From assembly GCF_018350175.1 (NCBI RefSeq), contig NC_058368.1, positions 56,546,001 through 56,610,000 of the forward strand: a stretch of 64,000 nt of DNA, written 5' to 3'. The stretch's first letter is position 1; every line of letters begins with the position of its first letter. A model generated the notes under the pieces. The model was not told where the DNA came from. It did not search any database and saw nothing but the letters and a program-made list of their open reading frames with translations. This document shows positions 25,669 through 37,877 of this stretch, piece after piece. The stretch comes from Felis catus (taxonomy: Eukaryota). The position numbers were made by a program, and so were the translations under genes.

Positions 25669-26438
25669 TTACTTGTATTTGTATATACAAATTTTTGGTG
25701 GAAGAGACCATAAACATGCATCACATATACACACACATACCTACCTACATACATACATACATATACAGAAGCATATTAAACATAATTTACAAAGAGCTGG
25801 AAGGAAACTAAATTTTTAACCTGTTTCTCTCTGGGGGATAGAACTATGAATTATTGTTACTCTTTTATAATATTTTCTAAGTGATCTGTAATAGCTCCAT
25901 GTTATTATCATTAAGCTATTATTAAGATAATGTTGAATATTACTAAGGACTAAACTAAAACATAAGAGAAAAAAACCCATTCAATTTTATATACCTGAGT
26001 GGTGGACATTATCAAATAGATTATTCTAAATAAATGGCTCAGATGTAGCTATGCCCTAAATGAGAAAAAAGAAGACTCAGGAAGGGGCAACAATATGTTT
26101 GCACAATAATATTCATCGGTTAAATCCATTTAGACCATACTGCTGCTTAGGAGATTTATCTTCAGCAATGCAGATTTAGAATGCACTCATATGAAAATGT
26201 TTTTTAGGCAGCTGGATTTGGGTAGAAACTGTGCGAAAGAGGGCTGAAAGAGATGGAAAAGAAGGAAGAAAGGGAGGGAGGATGGAAGATAGAGATTGAG
26301 AGAGAGAGAGAGAAAGTGAACACAAGAAAGAAAATCTCAATAGAAAGACTCCTGTTCTGAGGGAATTCCATCTCCTCCCACCCTATGGAAAGTTGAAAAA
26401 AAAAAAAAAAAAGTCACTGAGTAAACTTGTGTGTATTC

Positions 26439-26452
26439 CTGCCACCTTGTGG
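26439..26452 (-). promoter_or_regulatory. CTCF-like motif
   Basis: Reverse complement CCACAAGGTGGCAG versus consensus CCASYAGRKGGCRS, one mismatch. Motif only. Confidence 0.35.
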
Positions 26453-26574
26453 TGGTATCTTTTTTTTCCTAATCAAATTCCTCAAACTTTCTGTAGGTAC
26501 CATCTGAAGTAAGTTATCGAAACATTTGCTGTCCTTAAGGTGCTCTCATTTCCCTCAGATCATTAACCAGGTCG

Positions 26575-29500
26575 CTATTCTTGGCTAATATGTGATAATG
26601 AAACTAAGGGTACAGTGTCAAAGTGTCCGCTAAGGGTGGTAAGCAAGAGATGACAAAATGCTGGATAGGAGAGAATTTATTGACAGGTAGCATTCTCTCA
26701 CAAGTTTAGTCTTAACATTCTAGTACAGTATTTCGCACTGATTCCAATAACCTATCTAATGGCCCTTTAGGTTTTAAACATGATTAATTAGAATAAATGG
26801 GTGGAGATGTGGTGCCTGACAGACTACTGAGAAAAAATTGAGAAAGATCGTAAAAATGGGAATGTTAAAATGGGATTTATTTTGAGACCAGAGATTCTAC
26901 TACCTATGTTCTCTGGAAGGCACAGAAGACCATCAATTCATCAAGGCAATGAGAAAGGTGCTAGGAAAGGTGGCACCTGCTTCTTTGGAAGGTTTAACGT
27001 TTGTGTCCTCTGTAAAATATGATTAACTGTAAGAGATGCTATCATAGAACTTTGTTCCCTGGTCTCAATGGGCACAAGATTTCAGAAAGACACATATTTG
27101 GTGGCAGTGATTATATACAGAGGAAGAGTTAAAATTACTATAATGGGAACAGAGGGGTAACAAAGTTACCTTGACCTTCAGGAGTCTATGGTAATTACTA
27201 ATGGATTATGATGTTCCTAGAGAATGGATAGATTAACAGCTGGATAAGGCTGACAAGAGATACTCAGTGCAAAAATTTATTAACCTAAGCCAGTTTACAA
27301 CCCCAAATCTTACCAGTTAAAGTGAAAAATGAGACCCTTTAAAGAAAGACCAAGTAAGGGTGTGGCAAGTATACACAATAAATATTTCTCCACTTCTTCT
27401 CTTATGGGACTATGATGATTTACCATAATAATTAATTGTTGGGAGAGAAGGAATATCCAAATGTTAAGAATTTTTTAGCTTTAGGATCTAAGCTGCTTCT
27501 GATGTCAGGGTACCCGAAATGTAATCGCAATCACTGCCCCCTGGGTTAAAGTGGCGATTTATGGATGCTAAATGATGAATAGCACCCAAGAACATTCCAA
27601 AGTGGATCTGGTACATTTATAGACCCAATATCATGCTTCCTGTCTTTCAGATTATAAATAGCATACATACATTTAACATATGAAAAACCCTCATCTTGGT
27701 TACCTGGAGTTGAGGTTAAGAGTCAGAGTAGGAGGAAGAACCAATTGAAATCCCCTGAAATTCCAGGCCCCAGCCAAGACAGTGAATCCAAAGTACTGCT
27801 TTATCCTTGGAAGAGCTGCAAAAATTAATGCCATCTTCACAAAGTTAAAAAAGACAGAGGTACGTAGATACTATTATTCTCTAATTCATTTACCTATTTG
27901 ATCCTTAACGGGGAAATGTATCATGACGTTTGTGGGCTCTACTAAACTTAGTCAAGTGGTAGTCACAACACCAGATGTTGTGACTCAGATATCTTTTTTC
28001 TTCAGGTCTTTAAAAATTTTTATTTAAGTACAGTTGACATAATACTAAATTAGTTTTAGATGTACAACATAGTAATTCAACAATTATATACCTTATAATA
28101 TGCTCACCATGATAAATGTATTATAATATTATTGACTATATTCCCTATGCTGTACTTTTCATCCCCATGACTTCTGCATTTTACTGGAAGTTTGTACCTC
28201 TTAATCCCCTTCACCTATTTTGCTCATCCCCTACCCCCTTCCCTTTGGCAACCACCAGTTTGTTCTGTATGATTCTTTTTCTGTTGTTGATATTGTCATT
28301 GTTTTGGTTGTTTCTTTGTTTGTTTCTCATTTGTCAGAGCTCAACAGAGTGTCAGGCAGTTGGCATTTCAGTCTGTCAAATCAGGTGTTTTGTTTTTTGT
28401 TTTTTTTTCCATCTTTAACAATAAGTAGGACCCAAAACAACTGACTTTTATGTGATAAGGTGAGCTTTCCACATTCACTGTCCTGTTTCCAGATTTTATT
28501 AACCATCCTGATTCTGTAATGATATGGTCCACCGAAAACTCGATCATCTTGTCATTCATAAAAAAAATCCAACTAAGTCCACTCATCAATGACACTCATT
28601 GAATCTGACAAGCAGGGGGTTGCGAATAATGTAGATTAAACAGTAAAACAGAAGTGAACCTGATGGTAAAGATAAATGGCATAAAGATTGAGGTACCAAT
28701 TGCATTTATAAGTTTTTAGATATCCAATCATATGAGGCAGGACAGGATATCCCCTTTAAGATAGACACCTTTGTGCATATTGTATTCCCTACCACCAAGA
28801 AAGAAACATAGAACAAGTCTCTCTTAAATATTAGAAGAAATACCTAGGATACTAGGATATATTGCTCAAAACAATTAATGAGTGACTCAAAAGACTGATA
28901 AGTTTAAGTGGGTCCTAAAGAAAGAGAGCTCTTCAGCAGCTCCAGCATACGATTAAAGTTTCTCTGCTATTGAAAATATATGACACAGCTGACAAATGAT
29001 AGTATAGCACTAGTATGTTGCGTAATGTCTGACAAGGTCCAACAGAATTATCACAGCATAGAAGGTCATGCTTTCCACAGAAGAGAACTACTGATAATTT
29101 GAAAATAATTTTTTAGTGTTCTATTCACCCTACAAGAGAGCAAGAATTTGCTGATTATAGGGCATCAAAGGACTTTATAACTGGAACCACCCATCATGAC
29201 ACAAGTATTGCTGGATGCAATAAATAAAATGGCCATGTATAATGAGCAGCAATTACAGCATAAAACTGAATTGTAACTTTCAAGATCAGCCAAAGAAGGC
29301 CAGGAAGGCATAAATTACATGAGCAGGTTGCCCAGACTTCCATGTCCTATACTTCTTTTGAACTCCTGCCTCTCCTCGTATGTTGACATGTACTTATGAT
29401 GGGTTTTCTGCAATGAACTGACAGAAAAGAGGAAAACTAAGTAAAGGCCTATAATGCAAGTGGCTTAGCAAAATATTTTGAGGTTAAGTAAAATCCTACT

Positions 29501-30745
29501 CAAGAACGTCTTGAAGGAGACTCATGAAAACAAAATCCTCCCACTATCTGTAGTGAATGTACACATTTATTTTGTATGAAGGGAGAAGTGGCCAAAACTA
29601 TGTATATGCCCTGACTCAGAGACAGAAAAGATGGTTCAGTTGGTTGGTCAGTGATCTAAAAGGAACTAGATCATAATTTCACATTCAAAGTATATAGATG
29701 AACACAAGATTTTTATGTCTTATGTTAAGGTGAAGCAGAAAACATTTATTGCTGAGGAGACACTAAACAAACAAGTAAAAGGATGATTTTTTATGTACAT
29801 GCTAGCCAGAATCTTTGACAACCCTGGGCTGCTATAATAGTTTCATGAACATGGTGGTAATGGTGATAGTGATTGAAATTATGCATTTGTCTGAAAGCAT
29901 AGGACTCCATTTTCCAAGGCTGTTCCAGCTTCTACTGCTGCCAAAATACTTACATTCTAATAGCAGAGACTGACATTTAACAGTAACTGGCATTTAATCC
30001 TCAATATCATATGTTGTAAGAAGACCAGGCAGTCACTTGGTAACAGATTGATTACATCTAACTCCTTCAACCGGTGAGAAGACAGTAATTTATCATTACT
30101 AGAATCCTCACCTTCTCTGAATATGGATTTACCTTCCTTACTTACCGTGCTTCTAACTAGATCATCAACTGAAGGTTTATAGATGTCATTATTTCCTAGA
30201 ATATGATCCCTCACATCATTGAATTAGACAAAGAGACCTATTAAAAAACAGAGAAGAAGTGATGGACAAAACAGAATAAAATAAAGAACAAATATTTCTA
30301 CCACATAATCCATCACTCAGATATTGGCATGTAACAACATCCTGTGCAGTGCTCAAGGATCTGTCCTTCAGCCTGCAATATACACATTGAATAAACACTT
30401 GATGCGATGTGTTAATGGCTGTAGAAGGGAAGTACCACATTCAGTCTTAAGACCAAGTGAAGGAAAAAATTGTCTCCTCTTTCTTATAGAATTTGTATTC
30501 CTAAAATTTAAACTTTGTTAGAGTGTAGGTCTGATTTCCAAGAGGGGGACCGCTGCCACTGGACATAGGAAGAGGTACTCTGAAATTTGAAACTCTGATC
30601 ATTTGGTGTTCAGACTAAGAGGAGAATAAACAAGTTAATATATTGAAGGTTAGAGAAGCCGGATAACCACAATGAACTACTGTAATTTCTACATAATGGG
30701 ATTAGAAACAAATGTTTGGAATCCCAGGTGTTCACTGGGAGAGAG
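26575..30745 (+). mobile_element. ERV-L class internal region (gag, pro/pol, dUTPase), heavily decayed; HERV16/ERV3-16A3-like
   Basis: Nucleotide resemblance to ERV-L gag (gaatttattga, ggcacctgcttctttg), to the RT start (gtgaatccaaagtactgctttatccttgg ~ VNQKQYRIPGG; taaacttagtcaagtggt ~ KLNQVV; cacattcactgtcctg ~ TFTVL; gtccactcatcaatgaca ~ VHYIDD) and to dUTPase (ttccaagagggggaccgctgccac ~ PEGGMLPP). Confidence 0.82.
28010..28325 (-). mobile_element. L1 3' end (L1MA9/carnivore type) inserted in ERV-L RT
   Basis: tattgactatattccctatgctgtacttttcatccccatgactt...tggcaaccaccagtttgttct. Confidence 0.88.
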
Positions 30746-30898
30746 ATAATACTAATTTAAGTGAGTCTAGTTGCAGCAATTGGAAGTAGCTTCTTTTGCT
30801 AATCATATGTATTCTATTTTTAGAATTAAAAACAACATAACCTATGGTAGTCTTCATAATGATCTTAATAAAAAATTCTGAACAGGTTAGGGGAAAAA

Positions 30899-31431
30899 TG
30901 TATGATACCCACTCCCCACTCCTATATTATCTTTGCATTTTGCTCAATCAATTATTTTTTTTGGGATTCAACTTCATGCACATATTAGCTAAAAGCACCT
31001 TGCCTCACCTTATCTCATCTACACTACATAAATTTTGCACTGCGTCCTGGGTGGCTTCTTTTGAAATGTCTGCAAGAATCAGTTTGATACACTACTGATT
31101 TGGTGGGCAACCTGGAATTTGGAGGGATTTATCCCTGTGGAGAAGTCTTTGACTAATAAACGATGGATGTTGGTGGTTAAATGTCCCCTCTTCCATCTAT
31201 CAGATAAATGATTTGATGCATGTTTTACATGGTTCCTCATAGTCACAGGATCAAGTTACACTTATCCAAGTGGAAACATAAGTGTAAATACATCTTTAAA
31301 CACAAGTTTTTTCCTTTGAGATTTTATACTCATCAATACCCGCTTTTCTTGGATCATTTTACACAGTTAATGATCTATCTGTAAGTACTTGATTCATGCT
31401 TTGCCTTGATGGGTAGACACAAGCTAAGACT
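30899..31431 (+). mobile_element. LTR16-like 3' LTR of the ERV-L remnant
   Basis: Purine tract aggggaaaaa (30889-30898) then TGT; internal gatggatgttggtggttaaatgtcccc; end acacaagctaagac. Confidence 0.75.
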
Positions 31432-32599
31432 CTCACCTTCAACAAAATTGGTGCTGTAGCTATGCAAGGACTATGTAGCAAGAGAGGACAAAGGTGTTAA
31501 GAGTGTAGGCAGGGGAATTACTATAACAACTAAACATGAAAGTTAAGCAAAAATGAGGGAAATGAGGTTATCAAAGGCATTGGATGTTTCTTCAAGGCTA
31601 AATAATTGTTGAGAACACTAAAAGGAGGGAACTAGAAAGGTAAAAATTAATAGAAAGCTTCTTCCCTGCATTTAAGTTTATTCAAATATTACTGTTATCA
31701 ATAAGGTCAATTGTAATCCATCTAGGCTGTTTGCCATTGAGTTGAAAGGATCTGTATTGTTACAAAGAATAAAAGTGAGCCAGTAAAATAGAATCATTGT
31801 GAAGTGAGAGAGAGTATCTTTGGTCAGAACTGAACAACAAAGTAGGGTGAGTTAGTTCTTCTATTTTGATTAAATGATATTCACAACTGGTTAATATTAG
31901 GAAGAAGAGAAGAAAAATAGTTTATAGCAAAAAAAAAGGTGAAGGAAGATACCAACCTCTCCTATAGGCCACTATGAGGGTTTTGTGAGAAAATAATAGC
32001 TAAATGTTAAGATGATGTGGAAAAGTGATATTCTCAGGAGACAGCTGGGATCCAATTACATACTAAACAGGGAAGAGTCTGGGGATATAGGGAATTTGTT
32101 AACTATGAACCATAAATTTCAGAGGACACAGTGGTAGGTTGTCAAGAGTTTGGGAGATGTAAGTGAAACAGAATAGGAAAATTCTAGAACTTTGTGGTGA
32201 TTAGACTATAAGGCAAAAGTTGGGATCTGGTAAAAACAACAATAGAGAACATAGATCATTCATTGTTGATACAAGGCATTTAGTGGTGGTAAAACTGATA
32301 AGTTCTAGAGCTAAGGAGAGGTAGGAACTGGTGTTCCCTCTTGACCTTTGCCAATAGAGGTGAAGAGATCTTGGGAACCAGGGCCTTAGAGCCAATGTAT
32401 GAAATTGCACTGTTTTCGTGCTAGTGTGGTAATGAATTCTTGATGCCCATTGGTAGTTTATGGACTGAAAGTAGGAATGGATCACAGAAAATACCTACAT
32501 ATAGAAAGAAAATTTAAAAATTCATTAGACTGTTTCTGACTCCAATTAATATTTGATAACTGTATAAAATGGCCATCTTAAAGATGTGAGTATCAAAAT

Positions 32600-33190
32600 T
32601 GATTTCAAAAGTAATAAAATATCTAAATAGTCCAACTTCACAATAGAAATACAGATATTTGAAAGTGTATTTCTTACCTCTTAAAATGTAACATTCCAGA
32701 TATTTTCACAAGGAAAATTGCTCTAAATATTTATAGACCTGATATTCATAATAGTAATGAAAATTTTCTAGACCATGGACAAAGAAGAAAATTGTCTAAG
32801 CTGTTTTTATAAGGAGATTATAATATGGGAAATACATTTTCTTACCTATGAACATATAAAAATTGTAAGTAAAACATTAGGAAATGTAACCTGAAGTATT
32901 TTTATAGATAATATATTATGAGCAAGTAGCGTTTATCTCAACAGTATAATGTTAGAGGCAGTATATTAAATAATTCAACAAATCAATAGATACAATGAAA
33001 AAAAATTACCAAGTCCTTAGGGTAGATACCTAGCATACATTTAAAAAAATACCACATCCTTTCTTAAATTTAAAGGAACTCATTAAAATAGAAATAAATA
33101 AATATAAACCTCTATAAAATGTGGCTATTTCAATCAAGGCTTTCATCATATTTGATAAAGACCCATTAGTTAACATTATAGAATTTTACT
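32600..33190 (+). mobile_element. Very old L1M ORF2 fragment
   Basis: ccagatattttcacaaggaaaattgctctaaatattta...gacaaagaagaaaattgtctaagctgtttttataag parallels PDGFTGEFYQTF...EKEG.LPNSFYE. Confidence 0.6.
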
Positions 33191-33207
33191 AATAAAAATT
33201 ACAGATA

Positions 33208-33283
33208 CAGATGAATCACTGTGTTGTATACCTGAAACTCATATAACATTGTATGCCAACTATATTTCAATTTAAAAAAAAAA
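33208..33283 (+). mobile_element. Short L1 3' terminus with A-tail
   Basis: tgttgtatacctgaaactcatataacattgtatgccaactatatttcaatt followed by an A-run. Confidence 0.8.
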
Positions 33284-33291
33284 GTTTCTAT

Positions 33292-33458
33292 GAGGCACTT
33301 GGGTGGCTCAGTATCCTGTTGATTTGGGGTCAGGTCATGATCCCAAGGTTATGGGATCGAGCCCCAGCATGGAGCCTGCTTAGGATTCTCTCTTCCTCTG
33401 CCCCGCTCCCTCTCTCTCAAAAAAAAAAAAAAAAAAAAAAAACGTCAAAACAGAAAAG
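33292..33458 (+). mobile_element. Can-SINE with internal deletions
   Basis: SINE head, CT tract, long A-tail; TSD-like aaaagttt(c/g)tat. Confidence 0.88.
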
Positions 33459-35909
33459 AAAAGTTTGTATTTCTCTGCTAATTTTTTTTTCTTTTAATTC
33501 ATTCTGAGGACAGTTTTCTTCATTGTGCATAGATATAATAACTACTTTTAGGTCCTTGCCTAATATTGTCAACATCTACATTATCTCCATTGATTGTATA
33601 TCATTGGCTCTGCATGTATTAAACAGTTTTGAATTGTATTCTGAACATTGTGATGTTAAGTATTATAGACTATGGATTTTGAGAGTGGTAATAATTGTAC
33701 TGAGTAGGAAATTAAATTAGTAAGAAAAAATAGAAAACTCTTGCTCACTTGTCATGGATGGCAGTTCAAATCTTGGTTTTACTCTTTGAGCCTTAATTTG
33801 GCAGCATGAATGCTATAAATGTGAGATTCAGGGTTCAGCCAGTGAATTGGCCAAGTTTAAACAGATAAATTGGGGTTCTTGTTTTCTGAGATTCCCATCT
33901 CAGATTTCTGCTGTCGTGGTCAGCTCTTGCTCTGTCATCTAACTGTCAAGTCACAACGATGGTGGGATCTCTATCGGGGCTTCGGCCACCGAGTACCACA
34001 AAGCCTTGCACCTCTTGCGCAAGCCAGTGCCCCCAAATTTAGGAATTTATCTTTCCATCTTCAAAGTTTCAGCTCGTTTTTAAGGTGTCCTGTCTTTGTG
34101 CAGTTTGTTTTTAATTTCATTTTGCATTAAATTTCTTATCAAGAGTATGCGATTGTTCTTCTAAAGGAGGTTTGTCTATTACGACTTGCTGCATTATATA
34201 TAATACGCCAACCTCTGGCAATGCAATATTTATTACTTCATTTTCTTGATGAGTTGCCATTGTGTTTTTGCCCTGAATTAGCTCATGTATACTCATCACA
34301 GCACCTCAGCCAAAAGATGCAAACCCCCTTTTCCTGAAAAACTGGTAATTACAAGAATAAAATTTTCCATACCTGTTTGGAAATAGTTTTAGAGTTAAAT
34401 GCATTGCCTGCATGTTTATTGATAAATGTCAGTTTCATTTGTTCACCATTGTCTTCACTGGCTACTATAAACTGTCTTTTCATCGAGGTCGACTAGTATA
34501 CAATAGTAAAAAATCAGTGTGTTTATTTCTACACTGTTGTATGACAAGTAGTGTGCAAAAAAGCCAGGAAAGTGATTATAATACAAAAGAGTTAATTAGC
34601 TTGGTGTCACCTAGTCAGGAGGAGGGAACAATAAGTCTGCATCTGAAAAGAGGTGGCCTAAATTACTTCAATTAAGAACTATAGGAAATCTATATTTATA
34701 GCCCACTGGGGAGAAAAAAAGTTAATCCCATTCTTGAAGGCATTATAAGAAATACCTTTTTCAGCAATAAAGAGAAAATAGAGAATTAGAAGATATGCAA
34801 TATAAAATTAAATTGCTTTCACATTTTGAATAGTGATCAATCTGAGCTCTTTAAGTAACTATAATACTGGTTTTATGTGATCTTATGCTTAAATCTGACA
34901 ATCCACAGAGGTCGCCTCTTCTTTGCACCAAAATATTAGGAATATAAAAATTCAAACTCTTCATACTTTGGCTATAAACAGCATAAATTAGGTAAAATAT
35001 TAATTATTGAACATTTTGTAACTGATTGTACAGCAGTTATCTATAGTGAATCAATGTCATGTCATCCAGGAAAGAATACTTATTGAAAGTTCATTTCTGT
35101 ATAATTAGAGAAGTGATTTGTTGGCTACATCAAGAGATTATCATATAGCTAAATTAAAATTTGTTAATATAAATATGTTTATGTTAGATCAATATTGATG
35201 TTCCCTTTTTTGATTTAAATTCATTTTTATAGTGCAAAGATTCATTTATAATTTACTCATTTTTTCCTGACTTTAAAACAAGTAATTACTGTCCTCAAGG
35301 GTGGAAACAAGTAAAGAATATTCTCATCAGTTGGGGATTCATATGCACCAGACAACTTTAATTTGTATCCCAAAGCAATGCAAATAGCTAAAGCTGTTCA
35401 AGAATATACCAACAAATCCTTAAACTAGGTAATGCACCAAAAAAAGCATATTAGTCATGGTTAACAGTTTTGAAAGGGAAAAAGAACAGTTAAACTTATT
35501 ATCAAGAGCAGTGCTGCTCTTTCTACTGAAATTGACAGTTTATAACTCACAATTTAATTATTCATCCATTGTTATGTTATACAACTCTTCAAGTTGATGG
35601 TTGGGAACGTGTTAACTCTACAACAAAACCAAAAATACAACTGCTCTTTTTTGATACAGTAATGCAGTTGTTGGAGAACATTGTCTATATCATATGGAAA
35701 GGTTTAATTCTGAAAAAAAGTACACCTTTAAAAGTTTATAACACATGGTTGGCATAAAACCACCACAATCTTCATACTTTAGCTTATATATTTTTGTATG
35801 AAGATATTTGTATGATAGATTTTGAAATTTGTTTATAGGTATATGAATAAATATATTTTTTAAATCCCATAAGGTCGTTAACACAAATTTTCTTTTGTTT
35901 TACATTTGA

Positions 35910-36850
35910 TCTTTTTATTGAAGCATAGTTGACATACAATATTATATTAGTTTCAAGTGTGCAACATAGTGATTGATACTTGTATACATTGCAAAATGTT
36001 TACCACAGTAAGTCTAGTTACCATCTGTTACCAATTATTACCATATTTTTGACTCTTGCCTGTGCTGTACATTGCATCCTCATGATTTTTTATTTTATAC
36101 CTGGAAGTTTGTACCTGTAGACCACCATCTTCACAAATGTTGCTCAACCCCAACCTTGCCTCAGGCAACCACAGATCTGTTCTCTGTGTCTGTGAATCTA
36201 GGTGTGCTTTGGTTTTGTTCGTTTGTTTTGATTTGTAGGTTCCACACGTAAGTGAAATTATGTTGTATTTGACATTCTCTGCCTTATTTCATTTAACATG
36301 ATAACATCTAAGCCTATCCATATTGTCCCAAATGGCAACATTCCATGCTTTTTTTATGGCTAAGTAGTATTCCACTGCATGTACAACATCTTTAACCATT
36401 CATTTATCAATGGCATTTAGGTTGTTTTCATATCTTTGCTATGTAAATAATGCTGCAATGAACGTGAGGGTGCAGATATCATTTTGAATCAGTGTTTTTG
36501 TTTTCTTCAGATAGATACCCAGCAGAATTGCTGGATCATATGGTAGTTCTATTTTAAAATTTTTGAGAAATGTCCATGCTGGCTGCACCAATTTACATTC
36601 CCACCAACAGTGCACAAAGATTCCCTCCTCTTCACACCCTTGCCAACACTTGTTATTTCTTGTCTTTTTGATAATAGCCATTCTGGCAGATTGTAAAGGG
36701 ATATATATCATTGTGGTTCTAATTTGCATTTTCCTGATGACTGCTGATGTTGAAAACCTTTTCATATGCCTGATGGCCATCTGTGTGTTTTCTCTGGAAA
36801 AATGTGTATTCAGACCCTTTACCTGTTTTTTGTTTTTATTTATTTATTTT
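35910..36850 (-). mobile_element. L1 3' region (ORF2 C-terminus and 3'UTR)
   Basis: Minus-strand HMKRFSTS...CWQGC...[11 protein letters not shown]...FIAALFT. Confidence 0.92.
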
Positions 36851-36864
36851 CCCTTTGCCTATTT

Positions 36865-37305
36865 TTTTTTCCTATTTCAAGTTTTTATTTAAATTCCACT
36901 TAGTTAACATATAGTGTAATACTAGGTTCAGGTGTAGATTTTAGAATTCAGTGATTGATCATGACTTACATACAACACCAAGTGCTCATCACAAGTGCCC
37001 TCCTTTTTTTTTTTAATTTTTTTTCAACGTTTATTTATTTTTGGGACAGAGAGAGACAGAGCATGAACGGGGAAGGGGCAGAGAGAGAGGGAGACACAGA
37101 ATCGGAAACAGGCTCCAGGCTCTGAGCCATCAGCCCAGAGCCTGACGTGGGGCTCGAACTCCCGGACCGCGAGATCGTGACCTGGCTGAAGTCGGACGCT
37201 TAACCGACTGCGCCACTCAGGCGCCCCACAAGTGCCCTCCTTAATACCCATCACCCATTTAATCCATCCCCCTGCCCACCTCCCTTCCAGAAACCCTTAG
37301 TTTTC
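36865..37305 (-). mobile_element. Second carnivore L1 3' end, hosting a SINE
   Basis: tacaacaccaagtgctcatcacaagtgccctccttaataccc. Confidence 0.85.
37006..37227 (-). mobile_element. Young felid SINE
   Basis: Perfect TSD acaagtgccctcctt at 36991-37005 and 37228-37242. Confidence 0.96.
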
Positions 37306-37863
37306 TATTGTCAAAATTCTGATTGCAAGAAAAATTAAGGTTGAGATAAGACATGATTGAGTAGTCTATGGATTTTTTCTTATCAACTAGCTATGAAATT
37401 ATACACAGAACATAATTATGTCATTTTGTTGATGAAATCATTTGTAAATATTATTGAATTCAAATACAAGCAAATTACATTATTTGGTCAGTAATAAACA
37501 TTTCAAAGTTTAATAGACTTAACTATATTCAGATTTATTGAGTTCCTTATAGTATCTCAGCCAAAAGAGTAATAATGAAATTTTAACTTCACATGTAATT
37601 TAATTTTTATGCAAAATCTTTTAATACTGTGTTAGTACATTTCTATGAATTCCTACATTTCTAGCCGTTTCTGATGAAGACCATTTTCATCAAGTAAAGG
37701 ACATCAGGTTGTTTCTGTTGCCATCTATGGCAAGCAGTGGGCTGAATCTGATAAAAGTTAGTAGTCCTATTTCTGTGAGCTCCTTGCAGTTTGTTCTCAG
37801 TATTGGATACTTATAGTGCTGACATTTCGAAAGCACAGATGGTGCAGAGGAAGTCCTCAGACG

Positions 37864-37877
37864 TCACCAGAGGGCGG
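37864..37877 (+). promoter_or_regulatory. CTCF-like motif
   Basis: TCACCAGAGGGCGG versus CCASYAGRKGGCRS, one mismatch, with CpGs retained. Confidence 0.45.

Noticed and set aside
26135..26300. Possible 5' LTR of the ERV-L
   Set aside because: No recognisable similarity to the 30899-31431 LTR in the same orientation.
31440..32300. Purine-rich stretch possibly from the L2 interior
   Set aside because: Too degenerate to assign by eye.
37716..37735. RFX X-box
   Set aside because: The half-sites gttgcc and ggcaag are 6 bp apart, longer than the canonical spacing.
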